A stretch of 61,478 bases of DNA, filler included, from Choristocarpus tenellus KU-1152 (taxonomy: Eukaryota > Protista > Phaeophyceae): assembly GCA_964200185.2 (NCBI GenBank). It is 13 parts of 13 records of this genome, joined end to end, with 100 filler letters (N's around TTAATTAATTAA, not from the genome) between each part and the next. Parts side by side here need not be neighbours in the genome. Positions count along the whole stretch, not along the records: positions 11,300 to 14,715 come from CAXNAD020020185.1; positions 14,816 to 18,321 come from CAXNAD020019566.1; positions 18,422 to 20,963 come from CAXNAD020026918.1; positions 21,064 to 25,147 come from CAXNAD020016303.1; positions 25,248 to 27,819 come from CAXNAD020026664.1; 8 more parts are not named here. The stretch is one strand, 5' to 3'. Shown piece after piece: positions 13,751-25,762 of the stretch (position 1 is its first letter; every line of letters starts with the position of its first letter). A model generated the notes under the pieces. It saw nothing but the letters and a program-made list of their open reading frames with translations, had not been told where the DNA came from and ran no database searches. Both the position numbers and the translations under genes were made by a program.

Positions 13751-14715
13751 GACTCTGATCGGGATTTCGATATTGCAGCCGATCCGATACCACAAGCAAC
13801 AGCCGCAAGCAAGAACTCGACAAGTTCACCTAGTGGACAACTGAGGTCAGCCAGGATAGCTGAACAACCCAGGGTGGACTAAAGGGGTTTACGCTCTGGT
13901 GATACCCAGGAACTGGGAGAGAATATATTTAATCTGCTCACAATAAGCACGGATGATGCATACTGTTTGATGGGCATGGCAGGTGACATCTCGTTGACTG
14001 GAGACTTCGACGAGGAAATGAAGAGGATGAAGAGAAATCTGCTTACCAAGTACGAAGGACGGGACCTTGGGACCCCAGACAAGTTAGTTGGGATGGCATT
14101 CAACCGAGATGAGGCTGGCATCACACCTGACCAACGTTTCTATGTAGAGAGCATTGTTCGTGAAGGAATGGGATCCACAGAAGTACGGAGTACCTCATCA
14201 CCTTCAAACCCAGGAATGGACCTGACCCCAAGGAGAACTGACGAGGAGGAGCTGGACCAGAAGTACAAGCCTTACCGCACCATTCTGGGGAAGCTTATGT
14301 TCCTAGCTGGGATGACACGACCAGACCTATCCAACAGTGTGCGGGAACTGGGAAGATATGCAGCAGCATCTCCATGCAGTCGACACTGGAAAGGGCTGCA
14401 ACATGTTCTACAGTACCTAGCAGGCACCATGAAAGTAGGGATACACTATCCTGCTGGTGGTGAATTGAACAACGGGGGCCTGGTCGGGTATGGAGACTCA
14501 GACTGGGGCAATGACACTGCTTCAAGACGAAGCGTAGTGGGATACCTAATCCTAATAAATGAGGCACCAATTGCAAGGAAATCCAAGATGCAAGGAGCTG
14601 TTACCACATCTTCATCAGAAGGAGAATGGACAGCGATGTTACATGGAATGAGGCATGCAATATTCCTCAGAGGCATCCTGGGGGAGCTGGGCATACCCCA
14701 AGGGGTCACGACTTG
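13751..14715 (+). mobile_element. Ty1/copia pol fragment (RT C-terminus + RNase H), truncated by the contig end
   Basis: ORF 13967 onward contains YRTILGKLMFLAGMTRPDL, HWKGLQHVLQYLAGT, GYGDSDWGND..RRSVVGY and KSKMQGAVTTSSSEGEW, canonical copia RT/RNase H motifs. The N-terminal half of RT is missing. Confidence 0.93.
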
Positions 14716-15279
14716 NNNNNNNNNNNNNNNNNNNNNNNNNNNNNNNNNNNNNNNNNNNNTTAATTAATTAANNNNNNNNNNNNNNNNNNNNNNNNNNNNN
14801 NNNNNNNNNNNNNNNGTGGGGGGGGGGGGGGGGTGTGGGGGGGGGGGGGAAGGGAATTGTCAATGTGCACGAGTTTCTCTCCACGTTTCTGGTACTTGAA
14901 AGTACTACTAATGGTAATATTATACTTTTTTTATTATACGCGGGAAGCATTGACAAGTCAAGGTACTGTATACCTTATCTAGATTAGGTTGAAAATATAT
15001 ATGCGACTGTCTGCAGACCACAGTATACTTCAAAGGCTTCATTGCACCCCTCATATACTTAGTCGCATGCATGCGTTCGTTTTTGTTTTTACCTCCCAAC
15101 AAAGAGCCAGCGAAAAACAAAAAAAATAAGGCCATCAACAACAAAAAATAAAATGTATCTTCCGAGAGAGTCAGCCCCGCTGCCCTTTTCAAAGCACCAT
15201 GTTGTGCAGGCAAGGCGCACCATCCACTGCAGTAGCATCACATGCAAGACAACAAGAATTTGTTTTGTTTTAAACTCAC

Positions 15280-18270
15280 CCGATGTTGCTCTTGACCGCG
15301 CCAATCACCAGTGGGTTGATGTCACCTCTGCAACAAGCAAAAGAATAGAAATCGAAAAATCAGAGTGGACGGAGGGGGGGGGGAGAAAGAGGGGTCGGAG
15401 GATTACACTTGTTGCAGCGAGGGCTGTGTGTGATACGAAAATCCGATTCCAGGAACTTTCTTAAGGGTTAGGGTTAGGGTTAGGGTTAAGGTTAAAATCT
15501 CCATACACAGAGCAAGATGGCAAAGCCTCAGAGGCAAACATATCGTATTTCGAGTTGCATGTGCTTTTTTTATTCAATATACCTTTAATAGAAATCATCT
15601 AAAAATGTAACAATACGAAATATTAATTATTTACCAATTAATCGTGATAGAGAAATCAAAAGGTTATAATTTTGATTGGCAATATAGATTTATCACATTA
15701 CTAATACAGAAAACAGTTTTAATGTACTAATCCACAAATATCAATGTACCTACTGAATGATAGTAATGATACAAACGCTTCAGTTAAATTCTAAATTCAA
15801 ATATTTATATATTTATTTATTTATTTATTTATATATTTATATATTTATATATTTATTTATTTTCAAGCGAACATTGTAAAAATTAAATTTTCTTTGTTAA
15901 ACATCGACTAGGATAGTAAATGAGCTAATGAAAGCACACATTAGAGGGGGTAAAAGTGAGAATTTTGTTGGATAAGAGCAATTAAATAAAATAACAAATA
16001 TTCTTTTTAACCAACCAAAAAAAAAAATCTATGGAATTGATGTATCCATAAATAAAGTAAAGTAAAATAAAGTAAAATAGTAGCCAGGTCTTGCACAGAA
16101 CAAGGTAATTCTTAAAGATAAAAAAAATAATAATACTTTTCTACCGGAACAGCTCAAAACTGTTCCTGTTTGATACGGGTCAAATTACTTAATTTAATCC
16201 TCGTCAAACAAAGCATCTTCATTTATTTATTTACCCCCACCTCGAGGCTCCATAGATGGCCTTGAGAGCGCCAAACTCCACAGGGTCCCCAAGGGCAGTT
16301 CCCGTTCCGTGCGCCTCCACGTATGAGACCTTCGGAAGATCCACAAAAAACAAAAACAAAATTTTAATTGATGTTTTGTCTATTTATTTGTTTATTTATT
16401 TAGGTCCACTGCGGAAAAAAAACGGTATCGAAGAGGGGGGAAAAAAAGAGAATTATTTTTTATTGATTTTTTGTCTATTTGTTTAGATCCACTGCGGAAA
16501 AAAAACGTTATTGAAGAGGGAGAAAAAAAAAGAGAAAAGTATTTTTTATTGATGTTTTGTCTATTTATTTGTGTAGGTCCACTGCGGAAAAAAAACGGTA
16601 TTGAAGGAGAAAAAAAAAGAGAAAAGTACATTTTATTGATATTTTGTCTATTTATTTGTGTAGGTCCACTGCGGAAAAAAAAACGGTATTGAAGAGGGAG
16701 AAAATAAAAGAGAAAAGTACTTTTTATTTATATTTTGTCTGTTTATTTGTGTAGGTCCACTGCGGAAAAAAAACAGTATCGAAGAGGAGGGGAAAAAAAA
16801 GAGGAAAGTATGAAAGGACAAACTTTGAGCGTAGGTTAAGACATGCTTTTGACCCGTGTTCTATTCCTCAGGTGTTCTTTTTAAAAGGGTTTTACTTTTT
16901 TTTAATGTGAATTGTCTCATTCTGTTAATATTGATATTCAAAATTCACTCTCAAAGTCTGAAGGGGTGCCACATACCAGGTTGAAAAAAATAATTCAATG
17001 CATTTAAATACAAATGTGTTAACATTAATAACTCATTCTGTTAATATTGAAATTCCAAATTCAATTTCAAAGTAAGCCTGAGGGGGTCCCCCATACCAGG
17101 TGAAAAAAAATTCAATGCATTTAAATACAATTGTGTTAATATTGATATTCAAAATTCACTCTCAAATTCTGAAGGGGTTCCACATACTAGGTAAAAAAAA
17201 TAATTCAATACATTAAAATACAATTGTGTTAATATTGATATTCAAAATTCACTCTCAAATTCTGAAGGGGTCCCACATACCAGGTAAAAAAAATAATTCA
17301 ATACATTTAAATACAATTGTGTCAACACTAATACTCAATTCACTCTTCAAGTCTGAGAAATCCCACATACCAGGTGAAAAAAAAAATAATCAACGCGTTT
17401 AAATATAATGTCCAGCATATGAGGGCCTTCGTAAGTCAGAGGTCAACATCGAGGAATCTTGCACTGTTTAGCATGAGTTCAAGTCACACCCGAGTCAAAT
17501 TGTTTAAAATCCCGTGAGGAGGTCTTGTGAAGTAAAAAAAAAGTTAGCAAATTCAAAAAGGTTGTAGTATGTACGACGTAATAATCAACGCCACAAGTGA
17601 CTGCAAAACCCAGACGTCCTTTGACACTTGCAGAGGGAAGAAAAAAAAGAAAATTTACGTGTGTTCTTTGAAGAGGGGTACAACACACTGCAATTCAAGA
17701 GCAATAACCATAAAAGGCAATTCTTGGCGGAGAATAGGTCGAGAGCACAGGAAGCAGTGTAAGGGCCGCAGTACCCCCAATGCAGTCGAAAGCAAGAACT
17801 AAGCAAGAACTAAGGAGATAGCGGATACTGACTGTGTGTATAGCATCATGCTACACACATGTTGAGGATAGTCAAGAAAAAAGCGAAATAACATAATACA
17901 ACACAACTTACTACAATACATTCACACGACCAAAATACATATTTTGTGTCTTATGTACGTATGTATGTATGTATGTGTATGTATTATGTATGTATGTATG
18001 TGTGTGTGTGTGTAGCCTTAACCCTAACCTCCGGAAAAAAGGAGAAAAAAAAAAGGGACAGATCGCTCAATCACAAGGTACCAAAAGAAGGTATACCGTT
18101 GTATGAGGGGAGAGGGAGAGGGAGGGGGAAGTGAGGGAGATATAACCCTGTAATACCTGCTTTGCATTGAGCCTGGCCTCTTCAAGGGCTGCCAAGATTA
18201 CTGCCTTCTGTGATGAACCATTTGGTGCTGTCAGTGTAGCACTTCGTCCATTGTGTCCAACTGCTGCACC
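15280..18270 (-). CDS. Type I polyketide/fatty-acid synthase, ketosynthase (KS) domain fragment. Exons 18270-18157, 16329-16241, 15327-15280
   Basis: Phase-consistent GT-AG splicing gives GAAVGHNGRSATLTAPNGSSQKAVILAALEEARLNAKQ|VSYVEAHGTGTALGDPVEFGALKAIYGASR|GDINPLVIGAVKSNIG, carrying the type I KS motifs LTAPNG, EAHGTGTxxGDPxE and KSNIG(H). The ORF track misses it entirely. Confidence 0.95.
15463..15495 (+). repeat. Interstitial telomere-like (TTAGGG)n run; shorter runs near 5308, 10815, 18019, 55354 and 57892
   Basis: TTAAGGGTTAGGGTTAGGGTTAGGGTTAAGGTT read directly; intronic, not terminal. Confidence 0.8.
16367..16812. repeat. Minisatellite, about 5 x ~88 bp, in the PKS intron
   Basis: Core (G)TCCACTGCGGAAAAAAAACGGTATTGAAGAGGG recurs near 16403, 16486, 16576, 16663 and 16754. 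Confidence 0.92.
16910..17410. repeat. Second minisatellite, about 5 x ~90-120 bp, in the same PKS intron
   Basis: Core CCACATACCAGG(T)AAAAAAAATAATTCAAT recurs near 16969, 17090, 17180, 17273 and 17363. Confidence 0.9.
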
Positions 18271-18910
18271 CTTCTCAGAAAGAAGTGCAAGAAAGAAGTG
18301 AGTGCAAGAGTGACGTCCAGGNNNNNNNNNNNNNNNNNNNNNNNNNNNNNNNNNNNNNNNNNNNNTTAATTAATTAANNNNNNNNNNNNNNNNNNNNNNN
18401 NNNNNNNNNNNNNNNNNNNNNCATCCAATTGTGTAGGGCTAAGCTAGATTGGAGGCATATCAGCAGTATGCACATAGCGTTGTAGTTACCAAGCTTTAAG
18501 GGAGTGCTTGTAGTATAGCTGGTATTCAAATAGAAAAAGATTTTGGAGAGATACTTTTCACATTTTTGACAGCTGTTACTTTTACGGGGGTCCTTATAAT
18601 ATTAGTTTCGGTTTTTTTCCTGACACATCTGCAAATGTGAGAAGGCAAATAATATAATACAATATAATATAATACAATACATATATATACCAATGGTGGT
18701 ATATATTCAATCGTTCATACCGCCATTGACTTCCTTCAGAGTTACTTAGTCGGTCATATACCATTCACCCGGCTCCATTAATCCTATGTTTACTCTCCCA
18801 ATTAAAATTATATACTCAGGCAATGTAAAAAATGCACCACAGCTAGTGAAACAGTTTATCGCGCACACTATTGCACCTACCCATCCATACATTAGAGTAG
18901 TGGTGAAACA

Positions 18911-19167
18911 GAGGGAAAGTATCTTACAGAGGGTACGAATTATTCCCTGTTTGTCCATTTGGGTCTTGGCTTCCCACGGGTTTTTAATGACAGTTCACCT
19001 CCAAAATGTTTGGAGTAGGTAAAATGCCTATATCATGAAAAGATGTGTTCAGAACAAGGATATTGAGATTTCCTAACAATCATGATAGCCAAAATTACAT
19101 TAAAATTGCAACATTGGATTTTGGTCCCCAAATGGATGCGGCTCTACTCTCTAAGATACTTTGACTC
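18911..19167 (-). mobile_element. MITE family B, TSD ACA
   Basis: ACA|GAGGGAAAGTATCTTA...TAAGATACTTTGACTC|ACA. Confidence 0.92.
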
Positions 19168-19569
19168 ACACAATTAGTACACCACACTGAGTAGTAGGTA
19201 ATCACCACTACAAGCAGACACAACATGTACTCCATATACTCACATAGCATCAGTACTTACACTCAAGAGCAGTACATATTCCAAATATACTACCTCTGTG
19301 CCATAAGTTTGGGTCACGAAACATCTAGGCTTGCCAAGCGAGAACGGTAGGGATTGGACAATAACCCTACAGAATGAAATCGGGTTGACAATCCGAGCTT
19401 TCAGAAAAGGTGGGGGCCGAGGATTATCGGGCACAAACTCGAGGTGCTTCAAGCTGTCAAAGCAGGGGTCTATTGGGGTGATTTTGAGGCCAGAACTGGG
19501 CATATCGAGGGTCAGAATGTCGGCATGGCAACCCCCCCATCAACCCCCCCCACGTAGGAAGGGTGCCTA

Positions 19570-20830
19570 AGTGTCCCTGAATACCAGGGTTGCGCTTGCA
19601 GTGCGGCACACCCTAGCGATGGTCCCTGGTGAGGATAAACTGGCTCGACAAGTTGGACCGGCCCTCGCAGCGAAGTTTGGAGTGTCCGAGCGTTACATGT
19701 GAGGCCTCTGGGAGGACAACGCTAATCAGCTCGTCCATAGCCACACCCTTGACCTAGGGGTGGCAGCACGTAGTAGGCAGCCTTCGGAGCTCACATCGAC
19801 CAAGATAGCCGCAATACATGGTAGCAACTCCGATAATCAGTCATCCCCAGTGCATCAGGTGATAATGAAGATGGCTGACCAAGGGACTGAATTACAGCAC
19901 GAGCACCATAAACAGGTGGTTGGATGCTATGGGGGCCATGCCAAATCAAACCCAATCTTATATCGTGGCAAAAGGCACGGAGAATGGACTTTGTTTGCAA
20001 TCAAGTGGACCGGAAACGTGGTATGTACACCTCCATGGTGAACACGATCCATGTGGACGAACCTATTTTACGTGATGGCTGATGGGGAAAGGGTTAGAGT
20101 ATTTCCGCATGAGGATGATAGTGATCTTCCAGGGTCCCCTATGTGTAGCACAAGAGTCGTATCCCCAAAACCACTATCATTGCAGCCAACACCCGCCCAG
20201 ATTCGTCTCACAGCTTTGATGGAAAGCTTCGTGTTTGGCATGTGCATGCGCCAAAAACGGCAGACAGGACAAGCAAGAACCATAAAAAGGGGGATGTGTA
20301 TGTGCAGGACTGTATTTTAGATCATTTGTGGTACAGGAGGTGGTACACGGGAGAGTTACTGCCTGCAATCAAAGACCAAGATGCCTTGGTTGCAGGTGAA
20401 GCACGTTGTCGTTCAGCAAGAGGTACCACCCCCCACACGAGCAAGGGCAACTCAGATATCTTTTCAGGGGCAAGAAAGACTGAGAGATGGTCAATTGAGC
20501 TTGTGACACAGCCATCTAACTCCCCCGACCTCAATATCATGGACCTGTGATTCTTCAGGCCTTTGAAATGCTGGGTGATGGGAGAGTGTTTGGGGTCCAT
20601 CGAGGAGATGGTGAATGTCATTAAGAAACAGCATGACGAGTATGATGAAAAAAACTTGAGAGGGCTTGACAGCTCATTTTTGTGGTGTACAATCAAGCAT
20701 TTAGATACAAAGGGTGGAATGACTTTAGTGTGAAGCACACAAGGGTAAGGAAGAGGCAGTTTTCTGGTGAGCTTGAAAACACACCGAAGGTAGACATGGA
20801 GGCTTTTTCTGCGGCTGGAAAAATTGTGAT
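19570..20830 (+). pseudogene. Tc1/mariner DD39D-type (plant/oomycete mariner-like) transposase pseudogene
   Basis: Broken frames give HTH-like ALAAKFGVSERYM, IHVDE (~20047), a degenerate QQxx..TPH, and QPSNSPDLNIMDL*FFRPLK, which matches QPxNSPDLNxxDLGFF. Multiple stops and frameshifts. Confidence 0.85.
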
Positions 20831-20844
20831 GGATGTGAAGTAAT

Positions 20845-20963
20845 GACCCAAAGTATCTGAAGGGGGGTGGCGGCTGTCCATTTGGGGTTACTTTTTTCAT
20901 GCCGTGATTTTTGGGTGATTTGGTTGCATACGTCGGATGGATAATGTAATTGCATTTTTCCTG
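20845..20963 (-). mobile_element. MITE family A, partial (contig end)
   Basis: GACCCAAAGTATCTG...GCTGTCCATTTGGGGT...GATTTGGTTGCATACGTCGGATGGATAATG. Confidence 0.88.
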
Positions 20964-22791
20964 NNNNNNNNNNNNNNNNNNNNNNNNNNNNNNNNNNNNN
21001 NNNNNNNTTAATTAATTAANNNNNNNNNNNNNNNNNNNNNNNNNNNNNNNNNNNNNNNNNNNNCCCACTCCCCCCGCTCCTTTCCCCTTGCATAGTCATC
21101 AGTTCTTGAATCTTGTTCTTTATTCACTTCCTTCAATCCACCAGTCCACCACCAGTCCACATCTAGATTATACACTACTACATAAAAATACCGTATTTGA
21201 CAGGAATAATACTCACGTGGTGGGGCTTGTGGACAAGAGGAGCGTTTTCTATTTGAGACCAGGGGAGCAGCAGGAGTTGAACCGTCCTCAGCGAAGGGCG
21301 AGGAAGGCCATGGCACTTCACCCAAGCACCAGTCCTCTAAAGCTCAATACCCTTTTTCTAGAGCCCTTGTGACGACAAAGGGTGGTAAAACCGGATCCAA
21401 CGCACTGCCTTCCTTCCTCCCTTCCTTCCCTCAATCACCCCCCCCGCTCTTGCTTTTACATCATTCCATCCATGTCCTCAGCAATAAAAAACGCCTTACC
21501 AATGAGATGGAAAACTCTAGTCGGACCACCGAGCACACTCCAACAGGAAGAGGACCAACGAGTCCGTAGTAACAACTAACAAGCACCATCCTTACATCCC
21601 ACAAACCACTACATTCTTGCTCCGAACTCCAATCATAACCAAGATTTACGGCGAATTGGGCGATAGCTGACGATTGTATTTCTACGACTTGATGCTCTCC
21701 CTCCCTCCCTCTTGCCCCCCAACTGACCCGACCCTATTGTGCCACCACCCCCTTCAGATCCACCACTATGCAACCTTGGTGAAGTGCGTCCAACGGACTT
21801 ATGATTGACTTTGTGGGTCCCATGTGGTTTATCCACGACTGTCCCTGCAGACCCCAAAGTCACCCCCAACGACCTGCTAGAGCCCATAGTCCCGGGTCTG
21901 GACCTGGCCTTGACACGAGCAGGAGACACGCCCTCCGTTCGTACAGTGCCTGTTACAAAGGGTAGGCATATTGGCAACCCAGGGGAGGGAAGAGGAGGAA
22001 GGGACTGATGAGAGGACACAGGAAATGGATGGGAGAAGCCTTCTTGTTTCTTGGAAATTGATGAGGCAACAAGGGGAGAGGAATGGTGTAGGAAGGCATT
22101 AGGGGTGTCAAGTGCAGTAGAGCTGGAACACTGTCAACATACATGACAAAAAGCACAGTGTACAGATATCATTTGATAAGATATATATATATTGATACAC
22201 TGATATATTGAAATATATTACACTTTAGCGCTAAAAAAAAAAGAAATGGTAATAAAGTTCTTACTGTTCAAAAAATATGTATCACACAAAAATAGATTGG
22301 TTCATCTGCATCTCAAATACAATTTATTTTTTAAGCCATATTTTTCACACACCGCGGTCAAAAAAAAGAAGAAAAAAAAAGGAGTGCATCTACAATAGAC
22401 ATGAACTTACACCAGCTAGCTTCAGCATATATGATTTTGTTCAACCACTGCAATTCAACTTCAACTTCAACTTCAACTTCAACTTCAACAAGAACATCAA
22501 GAGTGTGAAATCACCGCTAAAAAAAAAACTACGTAGGGACAGGGTCGTCAACAGGGTTCGGCGTGTTCCCATCCTACCCCTCTTGTCCAACCTTGCTTGC
22601 AGTTAGAGTAACGCCAAATATGACACACCAGTCTGAACCACTAGGGAAGACACTGTAGAGGAAAAATTCTGAGCTAAAGTCCAACACTGACCAAGGCGGA
22701 GGGAGAGTCCTTTGCATCAAAACTGGATGTCAGTGGCCATGGCATGTACAGAGGTGTATCTAAAAACAATGCAGCACTGTGAGGGTGAGCA

Positions 22792-24020
22792 CTAGCTGAG
22801 AGGGCTACCTTTCCCCTTCGAAGCCTTCCCTTCATTGGCAACAGCGACAACCCTTGTTGCTCCTGCAGCCAATGATGCAGTAGATGCAGAACCTGCCCCT
22901 ACCCGTTGATACCTCTGGGAGCCTTGGCCCTGCTTCATCGCGGCAGTCTGGGAAGCAGGGGATGGGCTGAACAAGGTTGAAGGCAAGTGGGGGAGGGGGG
23001 GAAGGGGTAGGGGGGGGGGGTAAGAGACACTATTGTTTACCATAACCAAGAGGCATTTTTCAATAACCAAGACAACGGGAGAAGAAGAGTAGGTAGGATA
23101 TCATTTGGAACACTATCAGGGACGGGGACAGGGACGGGGTGGGGAAAGGTTAGAGATTTGGGGGGGGTTAATTATTGTGTGATGTTTACATACCCCACAA
23201 AAGGTAAACTGTTAACAAATATTGAGATGCCACTGTTGTTCCACAGGAGTAGACATTTGTATGCCAACACTCTGCCTCCGGTGGAACAGAGGTATCTCAA
23301 TATCTGACAAAATCATACAAGCTCAAAGTCATTGAGTTGAGTTTGGTCCAACTAAGGCACCAGTTTGGTCCTGAGTCCAACAAAAACTAAATTTGTAACT
23401 GTAATAGGACCGTACCGGGAAAATTTATTGATCGGTTCTATCAGGGAAAATGAAGTTGGCAGGACAGAGTCAGGTTGGGAGGGAAGGGAGGGGGGAGGGA
23501 CAATTGTGGATCAAAGCCAGGCATGTATGAGAAGACTGTCCCTTCTCGGGCTACAGTCCTACTGACCACACCCACGTCATCGGCCAAAGGATTCGGGGCA
23601 ACAAGGAAAGGCTCTAGGGCTGAGCGCACAAGAGCCTTACCATCTGTCACATTAAGTGGCAAGGTGTTAGGGCAGAAGCCCAAAGTGGTGCACCTTGAAG
23701 TTGGAGAGTTTGATGTGATATCAAGCCGTTATCAGCTAGCAACACATGAATCATACACACTTATCTTACAGGTCTCATCACTGTTTTTTTACTTGATTAA
23801 AAATAAAATGTAGTAGGTCCTTTGCGGCGGTTGACATCAGTAGCTGATGCTAATCCTGGAGGGGGGGGGGGGAGCCTGCACATTGATTTTTACTTGGTAC
23901 AAGGAACTGCTGTGCTGTCTTTGGCCAATGCACTCAGCAGGAGAGTATCACCAACAAGAAAAATAGAAGAAGTGGAAGATAGAATTGGCAGGCGGTTTGG
24001 TGCAGCATACTTACAGTACC
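22792..24020 (-). CDS. 3' end of an unidentified spliced gene. Exons 24020-23894, 23693-23576, 22947-22792 (stop); a further Gly-rich exon probably lies in ~25147-24617
   Basis: Phase-consistent GT-AG joins give YCKYAAPNRLPILSS...FLVGDTLLLSALAKDSTAVPCTK|CTTLGFCPNTLPL...NPLADD|TAAMKQ...SPLS*. No family recognised; the upstream exon phase is unresolved. Confidence 0.6.
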
Positions 24021-25490
24021 CTGTCAACAATTGAGAAAAGTTTGTCCCTGCCAGTCCCCCGAACTCAATAATATATATATATATATATATGTGAAAATTG
24101 GTTAAAAAAAACTTGGTTCATTTTCCAAGGAGAGCGTGGTCTTCATTTTAAATGAACTCATGACTGTAAATAAGATCGCATCCATAAAGTGAACTATTCA
24201 TATGAGAAAGTGCAGGGGAACCAAAACCAAAAAATAAAAACTATTGCACATGCTCGGTTTCTTATTCAAAAAATAAAAACAATGCACAGAGGGGGTTCAA
24301 AACGTGAAGACTAACCTCTCCACCTCAAGGCGGTTTCAGACAGCAAATACAAGATCACTCAATCCTCTTTCCCCTTCCATCTCGAAACAATGACTGCCCC
24401 GCTCCCACTCCCCCCCCCCCCCCCCCACCCCCCCCCCTCCCCCCACCCCATTCCCCCCCTCCGAAATAGCCCCCTGCAAAATGGTTTTTCTTTTTTCTNN
24501 NNNNNNNNTACAAGCTCTCTCAATCCTCTTTCCCCTTCCATCTCGAAACAATGACTGCCCCGCTCCCGCTCCCCCCCCCACACCCTACTGCCTCTCCTCA
24601 CCGTATACTATTCGCACCTTCTGAAATAGCTCCTTGCAAAGTGGTATTCATTGTTGCTGATGTCATTGCTGTCACTGCCATCATCCTCTACTGGTCTCAG
24701 TCCATCCCCGTCAAGGATCAACCTCCGACCAATTCCGCCACCATCCCCCCCACCCCCATTACCACTGCCCCCACTGCCGTGCAGATTACCTCTCAATGGC
24801 TGATTCAGAAATGTGTCATCCATTTGGCGGCGCTGGCTGCTGTGGCTTATCGTATCCTCTTCGAGGCCCTCTGGGTAGGGGGCAGAGTTAGGGTTGGTAC
24901 ACCCCATTCCTGCCAACACACCACTCAGATACACAGCCGAGCTGCCCACACCCTCCCTTTGTGAAGACCTTGGGCGGATCTCACCCACACCTTTGCTCTC
25001 GTGGAAACCTTCTCCATGTTCGTCTGCAGCACCCAACCCCCCACCCACCCCACACTCTGTGTCAGTCCCCCTGTTCAGTCCTCCCCTCCCTCCCACACCA
25101 CCTACTGCCTTCCGGAGAGTGGAGTACCCCTTGCACGAATTGTCAATNNNNNNNNNNNNNNNNNNNNNNNNNNNNNNNNNNNNNNNNNNNNTTAATTAAT
25201 TAANNNNNNNNNNNNNNNNNNNNNNNNNNNNNNNNNNNNNNNNNNNNAAGGTTGTTTGACCGAAACGGACGCCCCCTCACAAACCACCCCCCCCCCCAAG
25301 ATACATTGACCCTACACAGTCAGAGGATGATAAGAGCACTAGAGTTGAAGTATGCTCAATTTTCCTGACTTGGGACGGTAACCAAATGATAGAACTAATC
25401 TCTACTTTCCTGTTTAATTATCAGGAACTTCCATGGATGAAATTGGAATCTACGTAAGTCAATTATGATGTTATTATGACTCAAGTGCTC

Positions 25491-25762
25491 ATATTAAAGC
25501 ATTTAAGAGGGTAGGGCCGCGTCCGTTCGGGGTCACTATTCCAATGTTGTGATCTTGATGAATTTTGAATATCGTGTTTGTTAGCAAGTGTCAATATCCT
25601 TGCTTGACACACCTTTCATAGTCGTACTCCGAAATTATTCGGAGTAGGAAACTATCTTCACACAGAAAATCGAAGAAGGGCATAAAAAACCGGTGGGAAG
25701 CCAAGCCCCAAACGGACAAACAGGGTAAAACTCCTACCCTCTTAAATAAATGCTTCGGGTTC
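25491..25762 (+). mobile_element. MITE family B variant (AAAGCATTTAAGAGGGTAGG ends), degenerate termini
   Basis: Internal motifs GTGTCAATATCCTTG, ACTCCGAA..TTCGGAGTAG and GGACAAACAGGG match family B. Confidence 0.8.

Noticed and set aside
15463-15495. True telomere
   Set aside because: Only a few units, intronic and internal to the contig.
16367-17410. CRISPR-like periodic repeats
   Set aside because: Whole units are repeated with no unique spacers, the location is a eukaryotic intron, and no cas genes are present.
24346-24650. Direct duplication around a 10-N gap
   Set aside because: Same artefact at a poly-C tract; the left copy is a degraded version of the right.
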